Below, piece by piece: positions 10,442 through 20,946 of a DNA stretch of 64,000 nucleotides (position 1 is its first letter; the number at the start of each line of letters is the position of its first letter). The notes beneath the pieces were generated by a model. It worked only from the letters and a program-made list of their open reading frames with translations. It searched no databases and was not told the origin of the DNA. The DNA comes from a virus (taxonomy: Duplodnaviria > Heunggongvirae > Uroviricota > Caudoviricetes): the IMG/VR virus record IMGVR_UViG_3300028534_000003, positions 33,090-97,089 of that record. One strand, written 5' to 3'. The position numbers and the translations under genes were made by a program.

Positions 10442-11565
10442 GTTAAATCCTTTGCTATTTCATCCCAGTCAGATTGAGTCATGTTCGTATCAGTAATTCC
10501 AAGTTTATAGTTGGCTGATGTTTTCTCTTTCTGAGCTGTTTGGATGTTAGATGGTTTACTGTACTTAGATGCCCATAGACACGGGTTAAATGTATCATGC
10601 GTAATTGGCTCAAGACCAACTGACAGCATAACACTACGGATGTTATGGTCAGCATACTGCTTCATAACTTGGCTATTGAGTCCAAGTAGCTGTGCACCAT
10701 CCTCCCATAGATAATCAATCCAATCATAATCGGCTTGTAGTGTTGATTTGTATAGGTTTACTGCACGCTGTTCTACTGCTGCAACTGCCGGAGCCCATTG
10801 TGGGTTATTACGGTGATGGTTCAGTAGGTTTACAGTCATGCCATAATGACCTATTTCATCGATGTTAATACGAGCTATTGCATCAGCAGTTACAGACATC
10901 ATACCATTCTCTTTGAATCCAAATGAGGTTAGGAATGATGATTTGAATAGTACTGCTTCAAGGATGTTAAGTGCGTATAGTGACATGATGATTGATTTCT
11001 GGTGCTCAAATAAGTCATACGATGGATGATTACATGAGCGCATGCTATTGTGGACAACTGTCTCCTCAAACACTGCTAAGATTGATTTAGCTCTGTTAAT
11101 AATGTTATCATTAATCATGATATCATCAAAGATTTCTATAGCATTAGTTGGCATTGCTTTCAATATCTCAGCGTATGTTAATGAGTGAATGTTGTTCTCA
11201 AAGAATGCATGTGAGTACCACCAGCTCTCGCACTGAGGATTGGTAGTGACTGGGATGAATACTTCCGCTACTGTTCTAGCTGCTAGAGAGTCAAGTGTTG
11301 TCTGAAATTTCAAGTTCTTCAGGAACAAGTCACGAAGAATTGGAGACATAGTTTGATAGTCTTTAGCGTCTTTAGAGTACGGAAAGTCATCAGCGAACCA
11401 CATTAGTCCAAGTGCATTAGCTGTCATAGCTGATATGTTCGACTGGATTGATAGATCAAGCCGAGAGATATTACGACCAGAACCAAGAAATAATGGTTCC
11501 TGCGTAAAGTCGATTGGGGTTAATTCAAATAGTTGATTCATACTGAACACCCCCCACCAGCACAT
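10438..11565 (-). CDS. nrdB: Ribonucleotide reductase small (beta) subunit
   Basis: 375 aa with E..H iron-ligand-like motifs (DEIGHYG) and a ferritin-like helix pattern. It overlaps the start of the large-subunit gene. Confidence 0.55.
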   Translation of the reverse strand: MCWWGVFSMNQLFELTPIDFTQEPLFLGSGRNISRLDLSIQSNISAMTANALGLMWFADDFPYSKDAKDYQTMSPILRDLFLKNLKFQTTLDSLAARTVAEVFIPVTTNPQCESWWYSHAFFENNIHSLTYAEILKAMPTNAIEIFDDIMINDNIINRAKSILAVFEETVVHNSMRSCNHPSYDLFEHQKSIIMSLYALNILEAVLFKSSFLTSFGFKENGMMSVTADAIARINIDEIGHYGMTVNLLNHHRNNPQWAPAVAAVEQRAVNLYKSTLQADYDWIDYLWEDGAQLLGLNSQVMKQYADHNIRSVMLSVGLEPITHDTFNPCLWASKYSKPSNIQTAQKEKTSANYKLGITDTNMTQSDWDEIAKDLT

Positions 11566-13760
11566 CCATCAGTGACATCATTGGCATCTTCAATTTTGGT
11601 GTTGTGGTAATACCTACCCTTGACACCATAGTGTTTAGCAATATATAGTTCATGTATAATGTCCTTTGCTATTACTTTCCCATTATTCCACTCAGGGTTA
11701 TGAAATACGTTACCAGATATACCCTTGTCAATCCACTTCTGTGTTACAGCTAGGTGCTTGATAAATGGTATATTCATGTTACGATCATATGCGAATTCAT
11801 ACTTGTCAGCTAATTTGATAGCTAGTGGTGCGAATTGCTTATAATTAGTTCCCTGTTTGTCTTTAATGGTAAGTAAATCTTTTATTGGTTCAAGACCAGT
11901 TGTTTGGTTAGATGGTCCAGCAGAGGTTTCTGCAGGTGGAACCATAGCTAATCCACAATTGGCCATACCATGGATTGATACTTGCTGTTGTAACCAGTTC
12001 CAATCACATGAGTGTTGTCTAGATACAAGCTTATCTACGTTACGATTGTAGCGATTAATAGGCATGTGTGTTCGCCAATTAGTACGATTGAGAGCTGGAG
12101 CTTGTCCAATTTCCTTAGCAAGCTCCATAGATGCTTTGATTAGGTTAAATGAAAAATGTTCCATCCACTCATCATGGGCAAGTAATGCTTCAGGTGTACC
12201 ATAGCGAAGTGACTGAGATGCTAACCAAAATGCATGGTTAGAGATTCCAATACCAATGTCACGGTACTGTCTAACAAATTCATTAGCCTGTGGAGTTGGA
12301 TGCTGTTGCTTAGCCATTAAATGTGTCTGTAGACGAACCATAATGTTGGTATAGTGTGGTAACTGTTCTATAGGGATAAGTCCCTGATTGAGATTACCAA
12401 GAACACATACACCAATATCAGGTGAATGTCTACGAGTTGATGATAATGGTTTAGTAGGTGCCATATATTCAATACATATATTAGCCATCTTAATTGGATC
12501 AAGGTGTGGTGTATTAGAATTAATTTCATCTATGTTAATAATGTAGTAGGCTGATGTTTCAGTTGCTTCTACAGCTATTGAACGGATGAAAAAGTCACGA
12601 GCATCAATCTCAGCAGTAGCCAAACCATCGGCCTCACACTGCTCATAGTATGCAGTAAATGCTCCTATGTCAGATGAATAGAATAGCTCAGCTAGTTTAG
12701 TTGCTACACGAGTAGAAAATAGTGATAGTTTACCACCGTTGATTGCTCTATCGTAGACTACTTGGTTGACTTTGATGCCGTACGACATGTCATTAATACG
12801 ATCTTCAGCAGGCATACGAGGTGACTTCAATGCAAAGATAGTCTCTATCTCAGGGTCAAAGAAGTTCACGTAGGCTGTAGCGCTTCCACGCCTTCCGTTT
12901 TGGGACGCTTTGCCAATGTCAGCATCAATTGATTTAATGACAGGTATCTTACCGGAGTGAGTAATTGTTCCATTCTTTACCTTGTCACCAAGTGATGCAA
13001 TACCAGCTATGTCCATACCAACACCAGCTGATGAGGTTGTATGCGATACCAGTGCTGCCGATGCTTCATTCCACGAATCAATTGAATCACCCATCTCGAT
13101 GATTATGCACGATGCTATGTCAAATGAACCAGTTCGTAGTGCTCTCATCTCAGGAGATGGCAGAGTTAGTTTGAATTGGCTGAGTCCATGATACAGTGCT
13201 TCAATATATCGAAGTGGTGTTATGTGGTAATCATGAAATGCTGTAATAGCAATTGCCATGAACATGAACTGAGGTGATTCTAATGGCTGCTTGTCAGCTG
13301 ATAGTCCGTAACCATTGACTAATGAGTCAAATCCAGAGGAAGTGAAAGTGAAGTCAAGATTATGGTCGATGACTGTGCCAAGATAGTCAAGATCGGCATC
13401 AAGTACATCATGGTGGTAGTGCCCAGACTCAACCATTGTTGTTAAAAATTGACGTAAACTAGGTGGTGTTACGTCACCAAATACTCGCTTATATAAGCGG
13501 AGTACCTTCAAGTTACGGGCAACAGTATCATAGTTAGGGTTACGCAAATCAGCTAAATCATCACAAGTTTTGATGAATATATCCTCAATGTATGTTGTAT
13601 GTATCCCATCAAAGAAGTGTAATTTTGATTGCATTTCAATGTCTGATACAGATACATTTTGTATATTGTGCGTTGCCCAGGTTAGTGATGCTGTTGCTTT
13701 AGAGATGTCAAGTGGCTCAATTGAGCCATCACGCTTGACTACTGTAAATGTGTTATTCAA
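11538..13760 (-). CDS. nrdA: Ribonucleotide reductase large (alpha) subunit, class I
   Basis: N-terminal ATP-cone (TVVKRDGSIEPLD..K), an active-site-like NICIEY region and C-terminal Cys pairs (CAGGGCSV). Length is 740 aa. Confidence 0.75.
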   Translation of the reverse strand: MNNTFTVVKRDGSIEPLDISKATASLTWATHNIQNVSVSDIEMQSKLHFFDGIHTTYIEDIFIKTCDDLADLRNPNYDTVARNLKVLRLYKRVFGDVTPPSLRQFLTTMVESGHYHHDVLDADLDYLGTVIDHNLDFTFTSSGFDSLVNGYGLSADKQPLESPQFMFMAIAITAFHDYHITPLRYIEALYHGLSQFKLTLPSPEMRALRTGSFDIASCIIIEMGDSIDSWNEASAALVSHTTSSAGVGMDIAGIASLGDKVKNGTITHSGKIPVIKSIDADIGKASQNGRRGSATAYVNFFDPEIETIFALKSPRMPAEDRINDMSYGIKVNQVVYDRAINGGKLSLFSTRVATKLAELFYSSDIGAFTAYYEQCEADGLATAEIDARDFFIRSIAVEATETSAYYIINIDEINSNTPHLDPIKMANICIEYMAPTKPLSSTRRHSPDIGVCVLGNLNQGLIPIEQLPHYTNIMVRLQTHLMAKQQHPTPQANEFVRQYRDIGIGISNHAFWLASQSLRYGTPEALLAHDEWMEHFSFNLIKASMELAKEIGQAPALNRTNWRTHMPINRYNRNVDKLVSRQHSCDWNWLQQQVSIHGMANCGLAMVPPAETSAGPSNQTTGLEPIKDLLTIKDKQGTNYKQFAPLAIKLADKYEFAYDRNMNIPFIKHLAVTQKWIDKGISGNVFHNPEWNNGKVIAKDIIHELYIAKHYGVKGRYYHNTKIEDANDVTDGCAGGGCSV

Positions 13761-14877
13761 TTGGCTCTCCTTCAGAGTTACAGTTACGAAGTGCTATGCC
13801 AACAGGCTTCAGCGGAATTCCAGTGGCTGAGTAAGTTTCAAATTCTATTGTGTACCAATGATCGAGATACTCAGTGTCAAATGAATCAACTATAGCTTGT
13901 CGCTCTGCTGCTGTTCCTTTAGGTTTGCAACTAAATAATTGATTATTGTGTGTACAGGTAAATACTGGTTGGTTGTTCTTATCAAGAGTCATACCAGTAA
14001 TTAGTACTTCAATAGATTGTGCTTTCTTATACTTCCACATACGGTTAGATCTAATGTTATGTTTGTACATAGCAAGAGGGTGCTTAATAACAGTGCCTTC
14101 GAGGCCATCAGCAATTGCTTTATCATAACACTCTTCAATATCATCATGTGATTCACATATCGTAACAGGTGTGGGTGTAATAGTTATATTATCTTCATTG
14201 TACTGTTCCAATAAGTAATCACTGATTGGCTGAAATAACTCTACTCTGCTTTCAAATACAGCATCCATAGATGGTATATCAAAGATAATAAATTGCAGCT
14301 TTACTGATAACTCGTTAGATTTACGAACTGCAGCGGTTATATACTGTAAGTATTCACCATGAATGTATAGCTCTCCGTTTAATTCAGTGATATTGAAATA
14401 CTCCATCAATGGTAATAATTGGCCCTCTATGTGAGGGATTGATGGTAGAATATCTCCACCACGACTAGTTAATACTAGTTTTCCATTGGTTAGACGATAA
14501 GTAGCATTAACTCCATTAAACTTAGGCGTTGAGTAGAGTGGGAATGATACTTTCGGTGGTAGTTTACCTTGTGTCCACGATTTCACTTTCATCGGTAAGT
14601 TGACTTTGGTATTAGTCGATTCAGCTACTGAATAGCCAGATTTGACTTTACGATTCCACTTAGATTTGGCCTCAAAACGAGTTTGTTGTTCAGGCGTAGT
14701 TTCATTTAATTTACCAATGTTTTTGCCAGATTCAATGGTGTCTCGCTTAGTTTGCATGACACCAAATTGTTGCCCCCACTCAGTTATAATACATTTGCCA
14801 TAAACAGATATATTACAAATTTGTGTAGCACCTGTAGCTGTTGTTTTATATAGTGTTGGTAATACTATGTGATTCAT
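13753..14877 (-). CDS. ATP-dependent DNA ligase
   Basis: Nucleotidyltransferase motifs: K-x-N/D-G (PKFNGVNATYR), ELNGELYIHGE (motif III), EGTVIKHP (motif IV), MWKYKK (motif V). Confidence 0.6.
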   Translation of the reverse strand: MNHIVLPTLYKTTATGATQICNISVYGKCIITEWGQQFGVMQTKRDTIESGKNIGKLNETTPEQQTRFEAKSKWNRKVKSGYSVAESTNTKVNLPMKVKSWTQGKLPPKVSFPLYSTPKFNGVNATYRLTNGKLVLTSRGGDILPSIPHIEGQLLPLMEYFNITELNGELYIHGEYLQYITAAVRKSNELSVKLQFIIFDIPSMDAVFESRVELFQPISDYLLEQYNEDNITITPTPVTICESHDDIEECYDKAIADGLEGTVIKHPLAMYKHNIRSNRMWKYKKAQSIEVLITGMTLDKNNQPVFTCTHNNQLFSCKPKGTAAERQAIVDSFDTEYLDHWYTIEFETYSATGIPLKPVGIALRNCNSEGEPIE

Positions 14878-15158
14878 TAGGCTGCAATTGTTCTTTTTAA
14901 CACAGCTGATGGTTTGAACTTAATTACTTGCTTAGCAGGCGATTCAAATGGTTGACCATTGATTGCATTAATACCGGATCTAGCTGCTTGTCTAGCAGGA
15001 ACAAATTTACCAAATGATTGCCCAAGAGCAACTTCGTTACCTTGATGTACTTCAGATGTAATTAGATTCAATAAGAAGTCAAGTGTATCACCAGCTGATT
15101 TCTTAGTTTCAAATACGTCTAATTCGTACATTCTTTCAATTAATTCTTTTCTTGTCAT
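14877..15158 (-). CDS. HU/IHF-family histone-like DNA-binding protein
   Basis: 93 aa with the HU signature: GQSFGKF..R..R.GIN..NGQ beta-arm and an N-terminal MTRKELIE helix. Confidence 0.7.
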   Translation of the reverse strand: MTRKELIERMYELDVFETKKSAGDTLDFLLNLITSEVHQGNEVALGQSFGKFVPARQAARSGINAINGQPFESPAKQVIKFKPSAVLKRTIAA

Positions 15159-15198
15159 ATTGTTTCCTTGTTGATATGTCAGTTTATAGTGCTGCCCA

Positions 15199-16683
15199 CT
15201 ATACTATGTACTTAGCATTATTAAGTACATGCCTACAACGGGTTACAGCTACATAATAGAGCTTGAGTTCGGCTAAGAGCTCAGCAGTAGGTTTGTAGTT
15301 GTCAATGTGTTTATATTGTAGCATAATGTCTTCTATAGAATTGTTTAAATCATCTGATATTGTTACTACATCAAATGTCATACCCTTCACTGAATGAGCT
15401 GTTGTCAAGCATAGATTAGCTGATGAATGCAAATGTGCGTCAGCTGAGTTATATGCATCTATAATAGACTTAGGTCCATATTTCAGTATCAGAGTAATTG
15501 CTGAAGCTATATTAGGATTATCTTCATTGTGTTCACGAATGTAGCTAAACATGCCTTGTTTGGCTTGCTCTTGCTCAGATAGGTTAAACCAGTCATTGAT
15601 GGTATGCTGTACACCCTTCAGTTCATGCTCGTATACTGTACGATTAGGTTCAGAACCAAGTAAGAATAAAGGATATTTGAATAGCTGCTTCAATTTACCA
15701 GGGGTAATTAATCGATATGGTGTATTAGTACGGTTTAGGCCAATCATATGCTCAATTAATGCCGAGTTAGTTCGTGTGATGTATGCCTCAGTAGTAGTTG
15801 AAATTGAGCTATAATGCATGCCTTCAAATTTCATATTAGGTGCGAATGTATTATTGCAGAATGCCTGTACTTTCTCTGCAATAGGTGCTGACACTCGAAA
15901 TGATTGAGTTAGATGAAGTGTCTTGCCAACGTTGCTGAAGTGAGTAAAACCATTCTTGCATCCCATAAAGTAAAAGATTGCCTGGGCATCATCGCCAACC
16001 ATAATACGCTGATGGGCTGGATACGCTCCAAATACATTAATAGTGATTGGAGTTAAATCACCAGCTTCATCAAGTGCGAGTGTATCAACTGTATCAGGAA
16101 TGATTGTACCATTGACTAATCCATCATGGAACAGCTTAAGGTAGAAATCATGAGTTGGTTTGATCAAGCCAGTAGCCATACCATTGACGATTTGTCTAAC
16201 AAATGGTAATAGTTCGTGATTATCCTCTAACTCAGACTCAAATGATCCAAATGATAATGCTGTAGAATTACAATACTGGGTTACAATATCAATAGTAGTT
16301 GATGTCTTCCCGAAAGGTATACGAATTGATTTAGGTATATCTCTCCAAGTTATAAACGGTACTATTGTTGAATTTAGGTTGAATCGCTTCTTAGTAATGA
16401 TTTCATAATAAGCTAATGAATGAAGCGTACTACAAATTGCTGTTGTAGCAAATGATGTACGAGCTTCAGAGGCATTAGCATTACCGAAGACTAAGTAACG
16501 AAAAGTAGATTGTGGATTAGCTGCTTTTAATCTAGCTGCTATTTCGACTAGAGTTGTTGTCTTAGAAGCTCCTGCTACTGCTTCAATCTTGATGAATGGG
16601 TTAGTAGGTGATCCATCAGGATTACGTGCAAGAACTTCATCAAAGATTAGCTCCTGCTCAGGAGTCCAAGTGAAATCTGCCAT
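15199..16683 (-). CDS. UvrD/Rep-family (SF1A) DNA helicase
   Basis: Walker A (VAGASKTTTL), UvrD motif III (VGDDAQAIFYFMG) and C-terminal YVAVTRCRHVL (motif VI). Confidence 0.6.
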   Translation of the reverse strand: MADFTWTPEQELIFDEVLARNPDGSPTNPFIKIEAVAGASKTTTLVEIAARLKAANPQSTFRYLVFGNANASEARTSFATTAICSTLHSLAYYEIITKKRFNLNSTIVPFITWRDIPKSIRIPFGKTSTTIDIVTQYCNSTALSFGSFESELEDNHELLPFVRQIVNGMATGLIKPTHDFYLKLFHDGLVNGTIIPDTVDTLALDEAGDLTPITINVFGAYPAHQRIMVGDDAQAIFYFMGCKNGFTHFSNVGKTLHLTQSFRVSAPIAEKVQAFCNNTFAPNMKFEGMHYSSISTTTEAYITRTNSALIEHMIGLNRTNTPYRLITPGKLKQLFKYPLFLLGSEPNRTVYEHELKGVQHTINDWFNLSEQEQAKQGMFSYIREHNEDNPNIASAITLILKYGPKSIIDAYNSADAHLHSSANLCLTTAHSVKGMTFDVVTISDDLNNSIEDIMLQYKHIDNYKPTAELLAELKLYYVAVTRCRHVLNNAKYIV

Positions 16684-16686
16684 CTA

Positions 16687-17349
16687 CTACGCGAATAAAT
16701 TCTTTTTAGGTTGTGGTGCTGCTGCTGCAGTTGTTCTACCAGATGATTGAGCTTTCTTAAGTTCAGCTACTTTCTCAGCTGTTAATCCGTCTTTATAAGT
16801 TACTGCTTCACAGTACTTAGGATCAGAGTCTTTAGCTAACTTGATACCAATTTCAGTACCGTTAACAATTTCAGATGCAGATGCACCATCAGCTCTATAG
16901 AATTCAACTATCTCTTTTTTAGATTTAAGCTCATTTTTGTATAATGAGTAAACTTCTTTAACCCATACTTTAACTTCTAAGTCAGTAAATTCAGTTAATA
17001 CTGATAAATCAGTTGGAGTTTGGTCTTTACCAATTTTATGAGTTTGAATTTCTGGGTCAGCTAATACTATTTCATTTTGATCGTTAACTAAGTCGGCTAT
17101 GATACACAAGTGATCAAAGATTCTAGCTTGATAGTTAGGTGTACCATCATTGTTATCTAGTTTAAGACCATATAGTACGTTGTTACTACCTTCATAGTCT
17201 ACGTTGAAGTCGATAGATCTAGCTCCATGTTCATTGATTTTAACTGATGCTATCTTAATTGTTACTGGGTAAATACCTGATTTACCGATGAATTTACCAC
17301 CAGACTCCTTAACTGTGTCTGCTGTTACTGTTGATTTATAAAATGCCAT
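16687..17349 (-). CDS. Hypothetical protein, possibly an ssDNA-binding protein
   Basis: 220 aa sitting between the helicase and the ATPase/nuclease genes. I see no clear motif; the call rests on position only. Confidence 0.3.
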   Translation of the reverse strand: MAFYKSTVTADTVKESGGKFIGKSGIYPVTIKIASVKINEHGARSIDFNVDYEGSNNVLYGLKLDNNDGTPNYQARIFDHLCIIADLVNDQNEIVLADPEIQTHKIGKDQTPTDLSVLTEFTDLEVKVWVKEVYSLYKNELKSKKEIVEFYRADGASASEIVNGTEIGIKLAKDSDPKYCEAVTYKDGLTAEKVAELKKAQSSGRTTAAAAPQPKKNLFA

Positions 17350-17435
17350 TGTTGTTTATTTCCTTATTAGGTTGGTATGTTAGCCACTGAGGGCACCAGA
17401 ATACGAAACGGTAGTTTTAATTCATTGCGGAATAG

Positions 17436-17681
17436 TTATGATACTTTGATAAAAGTAGTCTCTGATGAACAATTAACTACACCAAATGGAATACCATAAA
17501 TTCTACTAACTGCATTAGGTTGTGAGCTTGTATGGTAATACTGGATTGGTGAGTTCTTTTGTAAAAGTAATGTATGGTATGCTGTTGGATCCATAACTAT
17601 TAGAGATGGTTCTCCATTGTCTTTCTTTATTTGGATTATTTGATCCAATATGTCACGTATAATCTCTTCAGCTATCATCAT
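17436..17681 (-). CDS. Hypothetical protein
   Basis: 81-aa ORF. Confidence 0.3.
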   Translation of the reverse strand: MMIAEEIIRDILDQIIQIKKDNGEPSLIVMDPTAYHTLLLQKNSPIQYYHTSSQPNAVSRIYGIPFGVVNCSSETTFIKVS

Positions 17682-18397
17682 AGTGAGAATTTCTCAACCT
17701 CAGAGTTAGTAGATTCTAACAGTTTGATGTGATCAGCTAGTGAATATTCATCAGCTGGTTGGGTTGATGGTAATACATCTTCCGGTAGTAATGTTCTACA
17801 AGGTAATCCAGGTGATCTATGTACTACTTCGTATTTTTTATTTTTAATTCTAAAGAATACTACGTTATCATGTACTGAGATTGCTCCACCAGATTTCTTA
17901 TATGCACCAGATGATGCATCTTCATACATACCAGTATCAGGATTAATAGTAACATGCGTAGTAGATATTACATTAATACCAGACGCTACTAACTCATTTT
18001 CAAGAAATGAGTTGAATTCAGCTATCTCTTTAGAGATGTTAGAGTGAATTTCAAATCCCTTGAATTGTCTTTGACAGTTATCAGCTATGATTTGAAATAC
18101 TCTAGATACTGTATCAACTACAACATTCTTAGGATATTCACCAGTAGCTTCTTTGAATTTCTGCATCTTATCTACGATACCATCTACATGGTTACCTTCT
18201 TCGTCATTATATCCATATAAGAATCCAGCTATGTTTGGAAAGCCTGCAAAATTTGAATGAGGTATACCAAATGGAAATGTTTTACCGTCTATAGATACTA
18301 CAAATGTAGTCTTAGGGTCTAGTGATTTAAGTGCGTTAGTCTTACCACTGTTAGATAGTCCTGTACATAATAATTTAATTCCTCTTTTAGTTGCCAT
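17678..18397 (-). CDS. P-loop recombination/repair ATPase (Sak4/RecA-like small ATPase)
   Basis: Walker A (GLSNSGKTNALKSL) followed by a hydrophobic strand with D (Walker B-like VVVD). Length is 239 aa. Confidence 0.5.
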   Translation of the reverse strand: MATKRGIKLLCTGLSNSGKTNALKSLDPKTTFVVSIDGKTFPFGIPHSNFAGFPNIAGFLYGYNDEEGNHVDGIVDKMQKFKEATGEYPKNVVVDTVSRVFQIIADNCQRQFKGFEIHSNISKEIAEFNSFLENELVASGINVISTTHVTINPDTGMYEDASSGAYKKSGGAISVHDNVVFFRIKNKKYEVVHRSPGLPCRTLLPEDVLPSTQPADEYSLADHIKLLESTNSEVEKFSL

Positions 18398-19241
18398 TGT
18401 TGTCCTTTATAAATAATTTATTAGTTGGCATATTCTGCTCAAGCTGTGATGGATGTAATCTCCAATCTTTAGCTAGTGCATACCTTAGTTCAGGTTGTTC
18501 ATTCCAAAGCTGCACAGAGTGTGCTATTAAGTTAATAATACCCTCTATGTAGTCAAAGTCTTCTTGAGTTACATTTTCGGTAAGTACTTTAACTTGCGAT
18601 GGGTATGATTTAAGTTGTTTACCTGTCTTATCTGAAATCTTCCCAGGCTTATCTCTGGATACATAAACAATACGAATACGGTCAATTGGAGTACCTTGTT
18701 TACGTTTAATCCAAGCGTATGTTAGCAATTGCAATCTGTATTCAAATTTGATAGTGTCAGGTAATTTAGTTAATGATGAGGTTTTGTAATCAACTATAAT
18801 ATTGTTAGTAATATTGTCGATTGAACCCCCTACCATTATGTTTGGTAGAATTGTCTCTACTACAAATGGCTCCACTTCCTGTGGATGATTGTAGATTAGA
18901 TATTCATTAATTAGATTGGTTGCCATTATCTTAAATTGAGTACGAATTATGTCTGGGTCAACTTCAGAATTTTTAGCAGACTCTTGGTCTATGTAGTCCT
19001 CGATATGCTGTTTGTCTTCATCTGAGAGAGTTCCAGTTAATGCATATCGTTCTGCGCAATAATGAACACATGTACCAAGTACAGATGCTGTTGAACCCTC
19101 AAATCCTGCTTCACCAAGTAAATTTTCACGCCACCATGCTGTTGGAGCAGTGAAAAACCTAGCTATGCCAGATGGAGATATACGGAAAGCACCATCGGGA
19201 ACTATATGTTCACCGTTGTTGTAATCTAATGGGTTTGCCAT
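18387..19241 (-). CDS. PD-(D/E)XK family exonuclease (RecB/Cas4-like)
   Basis: IVDYKTSS (D..K core motif), conserved Cys (CVHYC) and genetic coupling to the ATPase. Confidence 0.5.
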   Translation of the reverse strand: MANPLDYNNGEHIVPDGAFRISPSGIARFFTAPTAWWRENLLGEAGFEGSTASVLGTCVHYCAERYALTGTLSDEDKQHIEDYIDQESAKNSEVDPDIIRTQFKIMATNLINEYLIYNHPQEVEPFVVETILPNIMVGGSIDNITNNIIVDYKTSSLTKLPDTIKFEYRLQLLTYAWIKRKQGTPIDRIRIVYVSRDKPGKISDKTGKQLKSYPSQVKVLTENVTQEDFDYIEGIINLIAHSVQLWNEQPELRYALAKDWRLHPSQLEQNMPTNKLFIKDNNGN

Positions 19242-19243
19242 TG

Positions 19244-19726
19244 TTATCCTTTGTTATTGATATAGCAGTTTGGTCTTCTGCCTGTTAGGGTAAATCCCAA
19301 GTCGGCTATCATGTTTTTGGTAGCTCTGATAGAAGGCGATGAAGCCTCTGGCCAAACTGCTGATGAGTTACCAAGTTTACCATGAATAACATCGAAATTA
19401 CGCTCTGCCATACTGTTGGATGCAGCCGCTGATTTAATAATTGCGATGTCATTGTCAGTGAATTTGTATTTAGAGGTTTTAGTACGAGTTGGTGGTGCTG
19501 ATTGATAGAACGGCTGTTGATGTTGCTGCTGTTGTGGCTGTTCAGCTTCATATGCTTCTGCAAGCTCTACTAGAGATTTACTAGTTAGTGATTGTCTGTC
19601 ACTGTCAGTTAATAAGCATTCACCTTCGAATGATTCCTCTACTGGAGTAAATTGAGTAGTAGATTGTTTAGATGCTAAATACTCAAGATATTCAGCTGAT
19701 TCCTGTTCGTTAAGAGTTATAGTCAT
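19244..19726 (-). CDS. Hypothetical Q-rich protein
   Basis: 160-aa ORF with a Q-run (QQQQHQQ). Confidence 0.35.
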   Translation of the reverse strand: MTITLNEQESAEYLEYLASKQSTTQFTPVEESFEGECLLTDSDRQSLTSKSLVELAEAYEAEQPQQQQHQQPFYQSAPPTRTKTSKYKFTDNDIAIIKSAAASNSMAERNFDVIHGKLGNSSAVWPEASSPSIRATKNMIADLGFTLTGRRPNCYINNKG

Positions 19727-19728
19727 AG

Positions 19729-20946
19729 TTATTTCCTTTGTAGTTGTTGATAATCACGAGTTGTTCCAATAAATAAATCACACTTACTACGCATACGAGA
19801 AATTGCTACGTATATGTATCGAAGTTGTGCATTGAGTGAGATTGGATTGTTGTACTTATTCTTCGGAGTTGTATATGCTGAAGTTATATCATTGAGGTCA
19901 ACAAATACATGCTCGACAGATGAACCCTGTGTTTTAGTTATAGTGGCTGCGTATGAATACTTGAAATTAAAACACTTGTCTAATGCTTTATGGTATCCTT
20001 TGTAGTCTCGCTTGTCCTTGAACTGCTGTAGTTGAGCTTCCAGTGTTGGTTTGTGTAGGAAGTGAAATACTTCAAACTGCTCACCGTGATTATTAGTTAC
20101 AAGTAATTTGTAATAAGTTGGCTCATGCTCAATTACTTCAGTTATAGTTGCTATTGTCTGGTTGGCTGCTGCTCCAAGTGGTTTGTCAATAATTACTTGA
20201 TCACCAGGTTCAAATAGTGCTGAAGGATGGATGTTGTAATTGTACTTGTCGACTTTGGTGTTACGGTAAGCCACAACTAGTTTGTCAGATTGACAGTTGT
20301 TGTATGCTTGACAGAATTCCTTATGCGATTGGTGATAAGTGAACTCAGGTACAGTTGGATCATACGGATCAAAGAATTGATTATTCTCGATTGCTGTACG
20401 GAGGTTAGCGAAGTACGATTGAAGCTGTGGTGATGCTGATGACTGCCTCATCTGCTCAGTAAGTTGAATTACTGTTGGATTAAGTGTAGTAAAATCAGGC
20501 TGTATTCCTATTGCTTCAAGTTGAATTAGGTCACCAAGTAACACTAGTTGTTGTACTGTACCATCCGTTAGACACTGTACTATACGTTCAAACAATGGCT
20601 GGGTTAACATAGAGATTTCATCAATCACTAAAAGATTAGTTGGAGTAATTGGTTTCTCGTTACCGTCACGATCACGCTTAGGTACGAGCTGTTTATGGTA
20701 ACCTATATTGGACATAACCATTTCGAGGTATGAGTGAATAGTACGAGCTTGTAAGCCAGTAGCGTCATTGATAGCTCCGCAGGCTTTATGAGATAGTGCA
20801 GTTACCACATATGATGATGAGTAATCTGCAAGTATCTGTTGGAGTGAATAAGTCTTACCACAGCCAGCTTCACCAAGACACATAACTACACGATCACCAC
20901 GATGAACTGCATCATAGAATTGCTGTTGTCCACTGTTAAGTGCCAT
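19729..20946 (-). CDS. Dda/RecD-like SF1B DNA helicase
   Basis: Walker A (GEAGCGKTYS), LVIDEISM (Walker B) and ATITKTQGSSVEHVFV (motif V/VI of RecD/Dda). Confidence 0.65.
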   Translation of the reverse strand: MALNSGQQQFYDAVHRGDRVVMCLGEAGCGKTYSLQQILADYSSSYVVTALSHKACGAINDATGLQARTIHSYLEMVMSNIGYHKQLVPKRDRDGNEKPITPTNLLVIDEISMLTQPLFERIVQCLTDGTVQQLVLLGDLIQLEAIGIQPDFTTLNPTVIQLTEQMRQSSASPQLQSYFANLRTAIENNQFFDPYDPTVPEFTYHQSHKEFCQAYNNCQSDKLVVAYRNTKVDKYNYNIHPSALFEPGDQVIIDKPLGAAANQTIATITEVIEHEPTYYKLLVTNNHGEQFEVFHFLHKPTLEAQLQQFKDKRDYKGYHKALDKCFNFKYSYAATITKTQGSSVEHVFVDLNDITSAYTTPKNKYNNPISLNAQLRYIYVAISRMRSKCDLFIGTTRDYQQLQRK

